A stretch of 64,000 nt of DNA, taken from the NCBI GenBank assembly GCA_964016885.1, contig OZ024742.1:147684001-147748000 (forward strand), read 5' to 3'. A program made the position numbers and the translations under genes. The notes below the pieces were generated by a model. That model searched no databases. It was not told the DNA's origin and worked only from the letters and a program-made list of their open reading frames with translations. This DNA comes from Eledone cirrhosa (taxonomy: Eukaryota). Shown piece after piece: positions 1 to 11,543 of the stretch; position 1 is the first letter of the stretch, and each line of letters opens with the position of its first letter.

Positions 1-205
1 ATATAATAACCTTAATGCTTTGATTTACTGAATATTTTCCATGTGTTTGCAGTGTGCAAAACGCAAATTTGTAAACGTTTTCATCATACTTTCCAATTTT
101 TATGCTCTTGAACTTTCTCTCGTTAAATTATTTTTTAGGGTTTTTTAAAAATAATTTTAAGAAAAGAAAAGAAACATAAATTATAATATTCAAAAGTGTC
201 TATTA

Positions 206-732
206 TCTATATATATAAAACTGAGGATGTCTCTCTGTGTGTTTGTGGGTGAGTTTGAATCCCTAAAATCAGGGAGTGTTCTGAGCCAAACAAATTTCAA
301 ATTTTCAATGCCCTAGGGACCGCATGAGGCGATTTAGCGATCTCTCTATAATTTTTAGTCTTTCTCTTTTTAGATAGATACATACATATAACGTCGCGCC
401 CTTATAATATCTGTCTGTATGTATGTCTAGCTGTCTGTATTACGTCACTTCTTACAATTCGTTCTGCGTCCGGAACACGCCTTTATAATATCTGCCTGTC
501 TGCTTCCTCCGGTTATTCTGCCATCCTTGCTGAAGACAAATCTCACACTCATTCCCCAAAACAGTTGGTAAGTGCACAACTTCATCCTCACGTTTTAAGC
601 CAGTGTTGCTTACTTACGTAGCACCAGACCCTTACTTCTTTTCCAGCCGTGGTTGTGGCTATTCTAAGGTTACTAAGGCGGTTATATATTTCACAATACC
701 TTATCCCGTGCAACGCCGGGTACCACTGCTAG
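206..732 (+). mobile_element. Non-autonomous Helitron, short copy of family A
   Basis: 5' TCTATATATATAAAACTGAGG; 3' hairpin CCCGTGCAACGCCGGG followed by CTAG. Inserted at A|T with no TSD. The empty site ctatta|tacatcat is present in paralogs at ~22916 and ~34101. Confidence 0.9.
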
Positions 733-779
733 TACATCATAATAATGTCGTATCCAATATTGCCGAAGATGTTTTCTTG

Positions 780-905
780 AATAGCACGACGCCAATAGAG
801 TTAACTGGCGAATCTCGCGAGGGCGCTTGGCTGTTACAGCGCATTAGCCTCTCCATAACCCGAGGCAACGCTGCGAGTTTGTTGGCTTGCCTCAAAAGTC
901 ATTAG
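780..905 (+). mobile_element. Decayed C-terminus of an RLE-type (CRE-like) non-LTR retrotransposon; paralogous copies at ~22970-23090, ~34155-34275 and ~45760-45880
   Basis: Translates TGESREGAWLLQRISLSITRGNAASLL, resembling the LxQRLSxAIQRGNA C-terminal motif of CRE-clade elements. Confidence 0.6.
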
Positions 906-1797
906 AGAGGGCGTCCAGTACCCCTCGCTGCTGTCTTTTGCTTTGGTGTTGGCTCGGTTGTTCACCCCTTCCTTAACAGTTTAAACGAGGATTTTTTTTT
1001 TTTTTAGTAGTTTGGTATTCCTTAATTCTCCAGTTTTTTTCCTCTCTTCTTTTATTTAAACATGTCTCTCTGACTTCTCTTCCCCTAAACTTACTTTCGT
1101 TATTTAATTTTTCCCCCTCTTTCTCTTTGTTATTGCAAACATTATATAACCGAATTGAAATTTGTCGAATAAATAAAAGTACTTTAAAAAAAATATGAAA
1201 ACGAAACTACCGAATCAATATAATTCAATAAAACAACAATATTATTTATTCAATGTTAATAGTATTTTTCTTATTTAATTACATTAAAACAAAACAATAA
1301 TTTAACGCGGGGAAAGTTCAAGATAACCACTTTTACACCTACCTCCCTTATTATGATACGCCATCGTAAACTTCTTTGTGCATATAAAACCACGATAAAA
1401 GTATGTCTATACCTTTATTACTACGTATAATTTCCACCATAAAGTAAACATATTTATTTAATCAATTTAAAAGTCCTTATAGGGCTGGTAAGCATGATAG
1501 ACGGGCAGAGTTATTAAATATCCTTTATGACAAGAGTCAGAAACAAAAAAGAGGAAAACATATTTCGAGATTTTAAAAATATTTTTTTCTTCTGAATACA
1601 ATTTCTTTAATAATGACAACAATGTAAGTTACGACCTAATTCATAATATATTCAGGATTAAACTATTAAAAGAAATTTGTATAAAAAAAAAACGATAATT
1701 ACGCTAGCCTGTATATAATTACTGTATTCTCCAAGTGAAACAATTTTATTATTTACACATACTAATATAGACTTCAGGTAAATGTTTGTCAACTTAC

Positions 1798-1990
1798 CGT
1801 GTTCACATGTAAACAGTAAATGAGTGAGTTGCGTGTTTATTTTATAAAACTACCAAAGAAATTATCTGGTTGTTATATTCAGCTTTTCAAATGTTTGATC
1901 AACTTTAGTTCTACAGCATCAATTTACAATGTAACTTCACATCTTTAGCCGGAGATTCGTATCTTGTCAGAATATCATTAGCCACAAATG
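1798..1990 (-). other. Putative non-coding exon 1 of a ZNF paralog lying left of the window (5' end uncertain)
   Basis: Minus-strand donor ACG|GTAAGTT at 1798/1797. Homologous to the blocks upstream of each ZNF gene (23943, 35118, 46801, 58841). Confidence 0.65.
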
Positions 1991-2348
1991 TAATAAAATC
2001 TAATTAATTTATTCATTTATTGTAATTATTTTTACATATACATGAACTGTTAAGTATATTTTGTTTACAAAGATAAACATTTCATTACAAATGCAAACTC
2101 TATTTTCTAAAATAAAAAACGCTTATGTGTGTAATAAAATTTTAATCCAAACTAATTCAAGAAAGCTACGCCCGTATTCAGCAAAATTATCTCACAGTCA
2201 ATAGTTCATCCACTGAGAACAGAATGGTATGGTTTGGTGTTGACCATTGTTGACAGATCGTAGTCAATGATTTATACAACAAGAACAAGTCAAGGTTTAA
2301 TGGAAGCTGCAAAAGTAATGTACATATAGACACACACATTTATATGTG

Positions 2349-2568
2349 TTTAGTGAATTGGTCACAGGGTTATTTTCTTTGGTAAACGCCAATGCAGGCG
2401 AACCACTAATTTAATTTGTTACAGATATAAGGTTAACAAACTCGTTCGTGAGTGAACTGTCCGAGAGCCGGTCGCCAAATATGCCAAGATGTCTCTTTTC
2501 TCCCTCCTTTATAATCCCTAGACTGGAAGTTCGAGGAATCTTCTAGAATTCAACGGAAAGTAACTCCA
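2349..2568. mobile_element. LTR-like fragment related to the neighbouring Gypsy LTR, flanked by a ~78-bp direct duplication
   Basis: Starts TTTAGTGAA and contains CCACTAATTTAAT, as do the LTRs at 2814 and 7582. Flanks 2270-2348 and 2569-2644 are duplicates. Absent from the other units. Confidence 0.5.
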
Positions 2569-2813
2569 ATTTATACAAGAGCAAGTCAGGGTTTAATGGA
2601 AGCAGCAAAAGTAATGTGCATATAGACACACACATCTATATGTGTAACAAATTATGCTTTGGTGAATTTTGCTATGGCATGAAAATACGCCGTATTTTCA
2701 TAATTTCCGATAAAAATTTACCAAACACTATGATGTTACTCTCAGCTAAGAGAGCAACAATACAATCTCCATTTTTGACCAGCCAGACACATGCTTAAGC
2801 TGTTCCTTGCTCT

Positions 2814-3210
2814 TTTAGTGGAGTTGGGCTTTTACAAATCAACCCCACTAATTTAATATTAGATGAGACATAATACTGTACCAACATTTTCTGTGTGTAT
2901 ACAAACACGATATTAGCAATGAACAAGAAAGACCTCCAGAAAGATATTAATAAATAATTGTCTTTATTTGTTTGAGTGCATGTAGATAATTATAGTCAAG
3001 ATTCGTACCTGTTAGTGTAATTCAATCCGTTGCGTGTGAGTAGGGAATTTGCTCAATGGCTGTAAACCACATCTGAGACAAGAACATATTAGCCAAAAAG
3101 AGGAAGTTGAAAATAAGGGTTCACCTTATATTAAGAACAGGAGGATGTAACTCCCAAATGGTTCATTTTACCACCACTAGGTGGCTCTGCTGACCTTATA
3201 CTTCACTACA
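2814..3210 (-). repeat. 3' LTR of the Gypsy element
   Basis: Direct repeat of 7582-7997 with roughly 6-7% substitutions plus indels by manual alignment. Minus-strand TATA-like motif at ~3125-3133 and AATAAA at ~2963-2968. Purine-rich tract GTGGGGAGCCT at 3211-3221. Confidence 0.92.
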
Positions 3211-3524
3211 AGGCTCCCCACTAGACGATTAGTCGGACAAAAACCGAAAATCAATGTAGTGAAAAGTCGTAATAAGGAGCAAGGAAAACAAAGTTACGAA
3301 AATTACAGGCATAAACAATAGTTTGCAAACAGCAAAGCTATAAAAATGAGCATGCATTTCACAACAAAACTTTTTTTGCAGAGAAAAAAAAAATGTAATT
3401 GAAATAAAAGAACTCAAGTTAACTCAAGGAGCATGGAAAAAGTTAGTGCTCAAAAAATGAGTCCAAAATCGTTAAATAGTTTGTTAAATCCACCAAAGGT
3501 TAACTATATATAGTCTTTGACAGC

Positions 3525-6522
3525 TTACGTTCCCATTTTACAGTTCTGCCACCTCGTGTGACATAAGGTTGTGTTTGCGGTGGAGGTGGGAGTGAATGTA
3601 CGAGGTGTCTCAGGCAATGTAAGGAGACTTTCAGAGAAAGCCCTCTTTGCTCTGTCAATGGATAGAGTCTCTTTTCGACCATTGACAGCCACTGTAAAGT
3701 GTTTTGGTGTGTGCGAAAGCACACAAAAAGGTCCGTTGTAGAGTGACGTAAGCGGTCCTTTGATGGAATCATTACGTATAAAAATATGAGTACACGTAGA
3801 GATGTCCGGTGGAACAGCAAAAGAATTAGACTGGTCACGAGGGTTCACTGGTGGAAGATCCGAGAAATACGAACGAATCCTGGTGACATATGATGCTGGA
3901 TCAAGATGCGGTGAATCCACCGGTGCTAACATTTGACCAGGAAGAGTCAATGTGGTACCATAAAGAAGTTCAGCAGAAGAGAAACCTAAATCTGTCTTAA
4001 TGGCAGAACGACAACCAAGAAGCACAATTGGCAAGAATTCGGTCCAACGTTGCGGATCAGGAGTAGCGCGGAGTGCAGCTTTCAAATGTCTGTGAAATCT
4101 CTCCACCATTCCGTTAGAGGCTGGGTGATAGCTGGTCGTATGAATGTGATGAGCACCCAAGAGTCATGATATTTCACGAAATAAGAAAGCTTCGAACTGT
4201 CGTCCGCGATCCGTGGTTATTTTAGCAGGAACACCAAAACGAGCAATCCAATTGCAAATGAAAGCTCGGGGAACGGACTCGGCTGTTATGTCTACTAGGG
4301 GTATGGCTTCAGGCCACCGAGCACGACTAACGGGCCACGGGCCAGCAATATCCATATGAATATGACGAAAACGTGCGTCTGGAGGGCTGAATTTGCCAAG
4401 AGAAATGCGGACATGCCGATAAATCTTGGAGCGCTGACATTTCAAACAAGAACGTGCCCAACCGGTGATTAAACGACGCATATTAGGCCCAAAAAATCGG
4501 GCCGTGATGAGCTTCACCGTGGCAGCTATGTCGGGATGCGACAAGGAATGAAGTGCATCAAAAACGGTACGTTGATGTCAATCTGGGACAAGTGGTCTGA
4601 GTGAGCCAGTAGAAACATCGCAGAGAATTTTCCCTTCAGAAGATGGAAGAGGTAAATATCCCAATTTGCAGCAGGAAAATTAGCCCGAAGAAATGTCCAA
4701 CGAGTCCAAAGCAGGTTGGTCAGTTGCCATAGCAACCAAATCGATACGTGCAGGAGACGCAAGAGAACACACAGAAAACCGAGACAATGCGTCCGCGGGT
4801 ATGTTGGCAGCTCCAGCTATGTGACGAATATCACTGGTGTATTGGGATATGAGATTCAGATGCTTTTATTGCCCTCGGAGATTACCTGTCTGACTTGGAT
4901 TGTAAAGCGAATGTTAACGGTTTGTGGTCCGTGAATATCGTGAACTCCCGCCCCTCCAAGAAGCGGTGGAGTGCTTCATGGCAAGATAAACCGCCAAAAG
5001 TTCTCTGTCATAGGTGTTGTATTTCTGTTCCGCCGGTTTGAGTTGGCGAGAGAAAAATGCCAATGGTTGAACTTGATGGTCGATGGTGTGTTGTAAGACT
5101 GCACCGACAGCATGATTTGATGCGTCAATAGTTAAACGAAGGCCTTGCGTGTGCAACAGGATGGGCGAGGAAAGAAACTTCAGCTATCTCAGACGTGGCG
5201 GATTCAAAAGATTGCAAACTATCCGCAGAAAGTACGATGGGTGCATCTTTCTTCTTTGCAGCTTTCAAAAGTTGAGTCAACGGGAATAACTTTTCAGCAC
5301 AGTTGGGAATAAAGCGTCGATAAAAATTAATCAATACCAAGAAATGTCGTAACTGTTTCAGAGAGGTGGGAGGTGCGATACGCTGAATCGCTTCCATCTT
5401 AGATGGCAGAGGTCGAATGCCTTCCAAGTCAATGAGGTGTCCAAGGAATTCCAGTGAAGCTGTACCAAACACACATTTATCTGGGTTGATCCTGATTTGG
5501 TACGATCGAAGGCGTTGGAATAACTGGGATAAATGATGGTAGTGATGTTCAGCAGCGTCGCTGGCTATCAGGAGGTCATCCACATAAGCAAAAACGAAAT
5601 CCAATCCACGCGTGACTGCATCAATAAAACGCTGAAATGTGCTCGAGGCATTCCGTAAGCCAAAAGGCATGGACAAAAACTTATAACAAAATACTGGTGT
5701 GTATGAATATAACAAGAGACGTGGTTTGTGTGTATACTATTTAATTAACAATTTGTGGATATATAGAACAGTATAGTTGACATGTCAATGGATAGATGAA
5801 AGAATGAAGCAAAGTTATTAGTTACCGTTTGGTTGCCAGGCGAACGCGCCTGGCCGAAGGCCAGGACCGAAAGGGCATATGAGAGATAGGGAGCTTAAAG
5901 TTATTCCCTTTATAGGGTTGTAACGGAAGTGACAGAAAGGGTTCTACTTCCTATCTAGAGAGCGTTAATCTATTGGTGACGTGAGTGTCACAACAAGGGA
6001 GGCAACTCCTGCTACAAACTCAAATGACCCAAAAAGGAGTGGTCACAGCAGTTTTTTTGTATGTTGTCTGGATTCATTGGTATGTGGATGTAAGGTTCGT
6101 ACCAGATCTATTTTGGAAAATATCGTACACCCATGCAGAACGGATGAAAAATCCTGCAAATTCGGCAGAGGATAACGGTCCGGCGTGGTGATGGCATTAA
6201 GTCGTCGATAATGTCCCACAGTCCTAAAATCCGCTTCACCCTTACGAGCCAAGTGAAGCGGAGATGCCCATGGGCTGGTGGGTGGTCGGACAAGACCAAG
6301 ATGGAGCATGTGCTCAAATTCGTCTCTGGCTTTCTTCAGTCTGTCCGGAGCTAATCTTCGTGGACGAGAAAAAACAGGCGGGCCAGTTGTTGTGATAAAA
6401 TGGCGAGTCGAGTGGACTACCTGGTTAGGTTTGAATGAGATGTCCGTTAACTCGGGAAACGACGCAAGAAGTGAATAAAACTGGTCCCCAGAGGCAACTA
6501 TAAAACACGAAGAACTCTCCAA
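3525..6522 (-). pseudogene. pol: Gypsy pol (RT-RNaseH-integrase), frameshifted, interrupted by a solo LTR; protease apparently deleted
   Basis: RT: SPWASPLHL, FSKIDL, MPFGLRNA, YVDDLLIAS. RNaseH: DASNHAVGAVL, RELLAVY. Integrase: CxxC, TDRGRQF, YHPASNGMVERFHR. Spread over several frames. Confidence 0.92.
5682..6016. mobile_element. Solo LTR (335 bp) nested in the Gypsy RT
   Basis: Ends TATAAC...GCTACA; 4-bp TSD AACT (5678-5681, 6017-6020). Removing it restores FEFLSMPFGL. Confidence 0.85.
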
Positions 6523-6529
6523 TTTCAGT

Positions 6530-7237
6530 TTACCGAAGCCCCGAAGAAGCAGGGCTGGTTACAATGTTTCGCCTTTTCCCGAAAACGCACGTGATACCAA
6601 CATAAAGACGAGGTGTTGGCGGGCGATGACGAGAAAAAGATCGATTGCGTGAACGCGACCAAGATGACGTTCGCTCCCTACACAATCTAGCCACTTGACG
6701 TGTTAATGAGTCAATGGCTTTTAACATTGGGTCCTCTCGAGGTGAAATAGGCTGAGTTTTTAGCACAGAAGTGGCGACAACCGATTCTGCTGAGGCTGCA
6801 ATTTGTACCAATAAACTGGTGTCGACCATGTTCGCCAATATGGTCTGCACATTGGTCGGTAAACAGGAGAAGAATAATTGCTTCACAAAGGTATTGTCTT
6901 CTGTTGAGGTGTCGGTCAATTCTCGGATCCGCCGTAAGAATTGAGATGGTGTAATGTCTCCCAAATTTTCTTCCTCCAACAAAGGACGAAATTTACTCTC
7001 GGATGAGCGACTGTTCCGACGTAGCACTTCTGCCTTCAGGGATTCATACGATGTGCCCTGAGGAGGGTCTGTGATGATATCTTTCACAGAGGTTGCCAGT
7101 GAAACAGGAATGCCACTAATGAGTACGTGCAACCTCCGTTCTGCTCCTTGAATGGCGTGGGCAGCAAAATACGCATCCAATTGTGCAAACCACAACTTCG
7201 CATCTCCGGAAAAAGCTGGTAATGATGTGTTGCTCAT
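6530..7237 (-). pseudogene. gag: Gypsy gag, frameshifted near its C-terminal Cys/His motif
   Basis: LPAFSGDAKLWFAQLDAYF N-terminus, LGDITPSQFLRRIREL and an SR-rich linker. CWYHxxFxxxAxxCxxPC lies in a shifted frame. Confidence 0.85.
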
Positions 7238-7571
7238 AATTGACGCGAGAATCGGTACGTCTTTAATAACTTCAGTGAAAGAAAAAATATAGCACCGAGA
7301 AAAAATCCAAGATGGCGGCTCAAAACGAAAGTGTTTTCAACCACAAGGTGTAAGAGAAAAATCTCTGTGAAATAGCACGCCATCAACAGTGGCATACGCA
7401 CAGACTGTTAGAGAGAGGGGAAAAAACAAGCTTCGTATTGTCCAGATACATAGATCTTTATATATATATATTTTATGTCTCTGCGGAAAAAGTCACAAAT
7501 TTAGTGGTGTGTGGCATGTTTAGAATGTCTGCAGATCATCAATTTAGCGTGTTTCTTTTTTTCGTTGTTGA

Positions 7572-7580
7572 GGGTCACCA
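7572..7580 (-). promoter_or_regulatory. Primer-binding site, tRNA-Trp-like
   Basis: TGGTGACCC, 1 nt inside the 5' LTR. Matches the start of the known tRNA-Trp PBS TGGTGACCCCGACGTGAT. Confidence 0.65.
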
Positions 7581-7581
7581 T

Positions 7582-7997
7582 TTTAGTGAAGCTGGGTTTT
7601 TTACGAATCAACCCCACTAATTTAATATTAGATGAGACATAATACTCTATCACCATTTTCTCTGTGTGTATGTTCTTTATACAAACATGATATTATTAGC
7701 AATGAACAAGAAAGACGTCCACAAAAATACTAATAAATAATTGTCTTTATTTGTTTGAGTGCATGTAGATAATTATAGTCAAGATTCGTACCTGTTAATG
7801 TGTAATTCAATCCTGTGCATGTGTGTAGAGGATTTGCTCAATGGCTGTAAACCGCATCTGAGACAAGAACAGATTAGCTCCCCAAAAAAGAAGTTGAAAA
7901 TAAGGATTCACCTTATATTAAGAACAGGAGGATGTAACTTCCAAATGGTTCATTTTTCCGCCACTAGGTGGCTCTGCTGACCTTATACTTTACTACA
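7582..7997 (-). repeat. 5' LTR of the Gypsy element
   Basis: Direct repeat of 2814-3210. Begins TGTAGT on the minus strand and is adjacent to the PBS. Confidence 0.92.
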
Positions 7998-8239
7998 CTC
8001 TCTTGCATTCTCTTTACAAACAGATCTTAGCCTGTTTCTCTCTAAAGCGATGTACAATAAAACAGAGTTTGCCTCAATACAACTTCACCTAAAAACATTG
8101 CAAAGAAAATACTTTCTGTGAATTCTATTTCAATATAATGTTAATATGGTTTTGTAAAATTCCATGGCTAAAATAAATTTTTCAAATGTAGTTTTGTTTC
8201 CTTTATGCTCATTATTCACTCAGATACTAATGAGGTAAT

Positions 8240-8465
8240 GCTGGAGTTATGAGAAAATACACCCACTATACTCTGTAATGCATCATGCTGGTACTGCAAT
8301 AAAATACACCTGGTGTACTCAGTTAAGTGGTTGGTGATAGGAAGGGCATCTAGCATAAAAACTATGCTAAGTATGAGCTAGATGTGGTTCTCAGACCAAG
8401 GGTCTTGGCCATTGACCTTCTGTCCACCCTATGCCAGTATGGAAAGCAGATGTAAATGATGATAA
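8240..8465 (+). mobile_element. Short RTE-tail SINE-like repeat; paralogous copies at ~25030-25260, ~36215-36445 and ~47690-47925
   Basis: GTGGTTGG..AGGAAGGGCATC core and a CCCTATGCCAGTATGGAAAGCAGATGTAAATGATGAT tail, similar to the RTE LINE tail at ~59740-59787. Confidence 0.5.
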
Positions 8466-8480
8466 TTATTATATTATACA

Positions 8481-9827
8481 CTAGCAGTGGTACCCGGCGT
8501 TGCACGGTAAAGGTATTTTGGAACGCGGGCCGCCAACAGACCTAATCGTGGGAAAACTGCATGCCTCGACAATATGTAAAGAAAATAAACCGAATACTCT
8601 GATGGCTGGGTAATCTTTAAGATTTTCCTCGATGAAGCAGGAAAAATACAGGTTTTCACCTAATGCGGGCCCAAGAGCATCAAGAAAATGAATATTTTTT
8701 ATGTGCGTAATATGCCTTGAAATTTCGGGAAAATCGGCTAGTCGTAACGCCTAAAAAAAGCCCTTAAAAGATGAAAAAATGAAGTTTTTAACCTAATGCG
8801 GGCCCTAGGCCATAAAAAAGTTGGATTTCCTTTGCTCACCGTATGAAGAAGAGACTGACTAATACATAGTTACAATTTCAAGGAAATCGGTCTGACGTAA
8901 CGCCTCAAAATACCCCTAAAAAGCTGGGAAAAAAACACAGTTTTTCACCTAATGCGAGCCCTAGGGGATCAAATGCTAGTCATTTATAATTCTTAGAAAG
9001 TATAAAATTTACACATCAAAAAAAATATACAATACTTTATTTCTTAAGTAATTCGCATAAAAATATAAAATCAAAACGAAAAAATATATATATATAGATT
9101 GTATATATATAGTAGCAGTAAAATACTAACTTTTGTTCTTATAGAGGCATTACGTTCTTTGGATCGTTTACTCTTAAAAGTCTCAGCGGCAGAGCTGTAA
9201 GCAACACTGTGAAAACTGAAGCTATTACAGCGATGTTTTTCTTTACAGGCTTTAATTTTTAGTGTTGTCTGAAATATATAACCTGCAAACCTGATTTTTG
9301 AATCGCAACAGGATCGACTTTATTTCACTCGCTCCACTAAAGGTTGGATTACGGTATGAAGAAGAGACTGACTAATACATAGTTACCAGCTTTCATTTTT
9401 AGTGTTGTGTGAAATATATAACCACCTTAGCTAAGCTTACTATTGCCACAACCACAGCTGGCAAAGAAGTAAGGGTCTGGTGGCATGTAAGTAAGCAACA
9501 CTGTGGCTTAAAACGTGAAGAAGTAATTGTTTGCACTTACCAACTGTTTGGGGAATGAGTGTGAGATTTGTCTTCAGCAAGGGTGGTTGAATAACCGGAG
9601 GCAGTGGGCCGTAACTGACGCAATGCAGACAGCCAGACATACAGACAGATATTATAAGGGCGTATTCTGGACGCAGGGAGAATTGTAGGAAGTGACGTAA
9701 TGCTCAGAACGCTTCCTGAAACAAGTATTACATGTGTAAAGTTTGAAAACACTCGGTTGGGTGCTTCTCCAGTTTTAGGGATTCAAACTCACACACACAG
9801 ACATCCTGAGTTTTATATATATATAGA
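8481..9827 (-). mobile_element. Non-autonomous Helitron, family A
   Basis: Minus-strand 5' TCTATATA at 9827; 3' hairpin plus CTAG at 8481; internal ACCTAATGCGGGCCC subrepeats. Same ends as 206-732. Confidence 0.88.
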
Positions 9828-9904
9828 CTAGCAGAGGTATCCGGCGTTGCCCGGTATAACTCTCAATGAAGTAGTCGTTCAAATGAAGCGAAAGACTTCC
9901 GTTA

Positions 9905-10215
9905 AACACGACTATAGAAGTAACAATTTATAAGTGTTAGCCTTTGAACGTTCACTTTGAAATATCTCTGCGGCGGTGCTGCCAGCAAAGACGAATCCGA
10001 TAGTAACAATTTAAAGTTGGTGGCCCTGAAGAGGAACTTTTAACGTTCACTTTGAAATATCTCAGCGGCGGTGCTGCCAGAAAAGATGAATCCGATGGTA
10101 ACAATTTAAACGTGGTGGCCCTGAAGAGGGCCTTGGATCGTTTACTCTTAAAAGTCTCAGCGGCAGAGCTGTCAGCAAAGACGACTCCGATTAGAGGTGA
10201 TGGCCCTTAAGAAGT
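9905..10215. repeat. Subterminal ~80-95 bp tandem repeats of Helitron B
   Basis: About three imperfect copies of ...aaatatctcagcggcggtgctgccagcaaagacgaatccga...ggtggccctgaagagg. Confidence 0.75.
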
Positions 10216-10542
10216 CCTTCACACCACTTTGGTGTGTCGAATTTGCTTTGCTTGTTATTTGAGATTGTAACCTAAAAAAGCATGTAACAGTCGGTGGCCA
10301 CAAAAACGGCCTTCGCAAGATCACGCTGGAATGTCAAAAAAATGTGTAAATAAGATGTAGGGAAAAGTAGATTAATTAGGTTAAAACTACTGAACATCAA
10401 TAGCAAAGCTACATATAAATGCGGAAAACGGAGACATTGAACATTTATAACGTATAGCAAAAGTAACCTCAGAGGCGGACGTGGTATTTTCAAAAGGACA
10501 AAAATAGCACACGGATACAGAAAATGTAAGCACTTATCATTA

Positions 10543-11495
10543 TCTATAAAAAGCAGATTGTTGTTGTTGTTGTTGTGTGTGTGTGCATGTTCCATGTTTA
10601 TACATTTGCACAATTTCAAACCGATTCGACTCAAAGTCTGTAAGAATGTTGTAAATGGTCTAACTTAGGTCAACGACTATTTATTTCATTCAAACTCACC
10701 CACAATTACGGAAATAATCGATAAAACTAAATACATGACGCTTTACCATTCTAATACAATTAGATTCCCTCTCTCTATTTGCCTTAAATCCCTCTCTCTA
10801 TTTGCCTTAAAATTCGATAAAACTACATACATGCTGCAACTTTCTGTTATATACGATTAAACTTACAAACTTTAAGAGAGAGTGAGAGGGAGAGAGAGAG
10901 AGAGAGAGAACGTTTGTTTTTGAGTGTGGAACGGTCAAACATTTATTTATTTCAATGACAAAAAGAACTTATTACATTTCATACGAAACAACAATTATTC
11001 AAAAGCAACAGATAAATTTATTCAAAAAAAAAAAAAAAAAATAGCGATAAATCTTTTTTAAAACATCTATCAACGAACGTGGAAGAAAGAAGTATCAGTT
11101 CATTTACTATACACAATAATATCCTCTATGAGGTCACTAAACCTGCTAGAAACAGCAGATAACTCTCCCCCATATAACACCACTCCCTACTGTCTTAAAT
11201 TTAGAAAACACACATTAGACAACCATGCAGAACAACTCCATCGCAGTTCTGTTGTTCGGCTGGCATCGTCTACGCGCGTGTTGCGCAAGTACTGTGAAAC
11301 AATAAATTTCAACCCTTCTTTGCACAGAGATAATATCCATAGGCGAAACTACAATTGTCACTGTTGGCGCAGCTCCTGCTTCGGCAATCCATTCACCCAG
11401 TGCCTGGCAGACAAAAAAGTGCTGCCATAAAATGGGTGGTGCAACCTAACTTTGGTAACTTACTGACCCCGAGCAACGCCGGGCTTTAATGCTAG
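10543..11495 (+). mobile_element. Non-autonomous Helitron (C) nested antisense in Helitron B
   Basis: A|TCTATAAAAAG start; CCCCGAGCAACGCCGGG hairpin then CTAG|T end; contains (TTG)n, (TG)n and (GA)n tracts. Confidence 0.8.
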
Positions 11496-11543
11496 TACAA
11501 AATGAAAAAAAAAACAGCGATTATCTGTTGACGGATGGGGTGC

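Larger units (their letters stand above)
2814..7997 (-). mobile_element. Decayed Ty3/Gypsy LTR retrotransposon (Mag-like gag) with both LTRs
   Basis: LTRs at 2814-3210 and 7582-7997; 4-bp TSD CTCT (2810-2813, 7998-8001); PBS and PPT present; gag-RT-RNaseH-INT order. Absent at the paralogous site ~24800. Confidence 0.95.
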
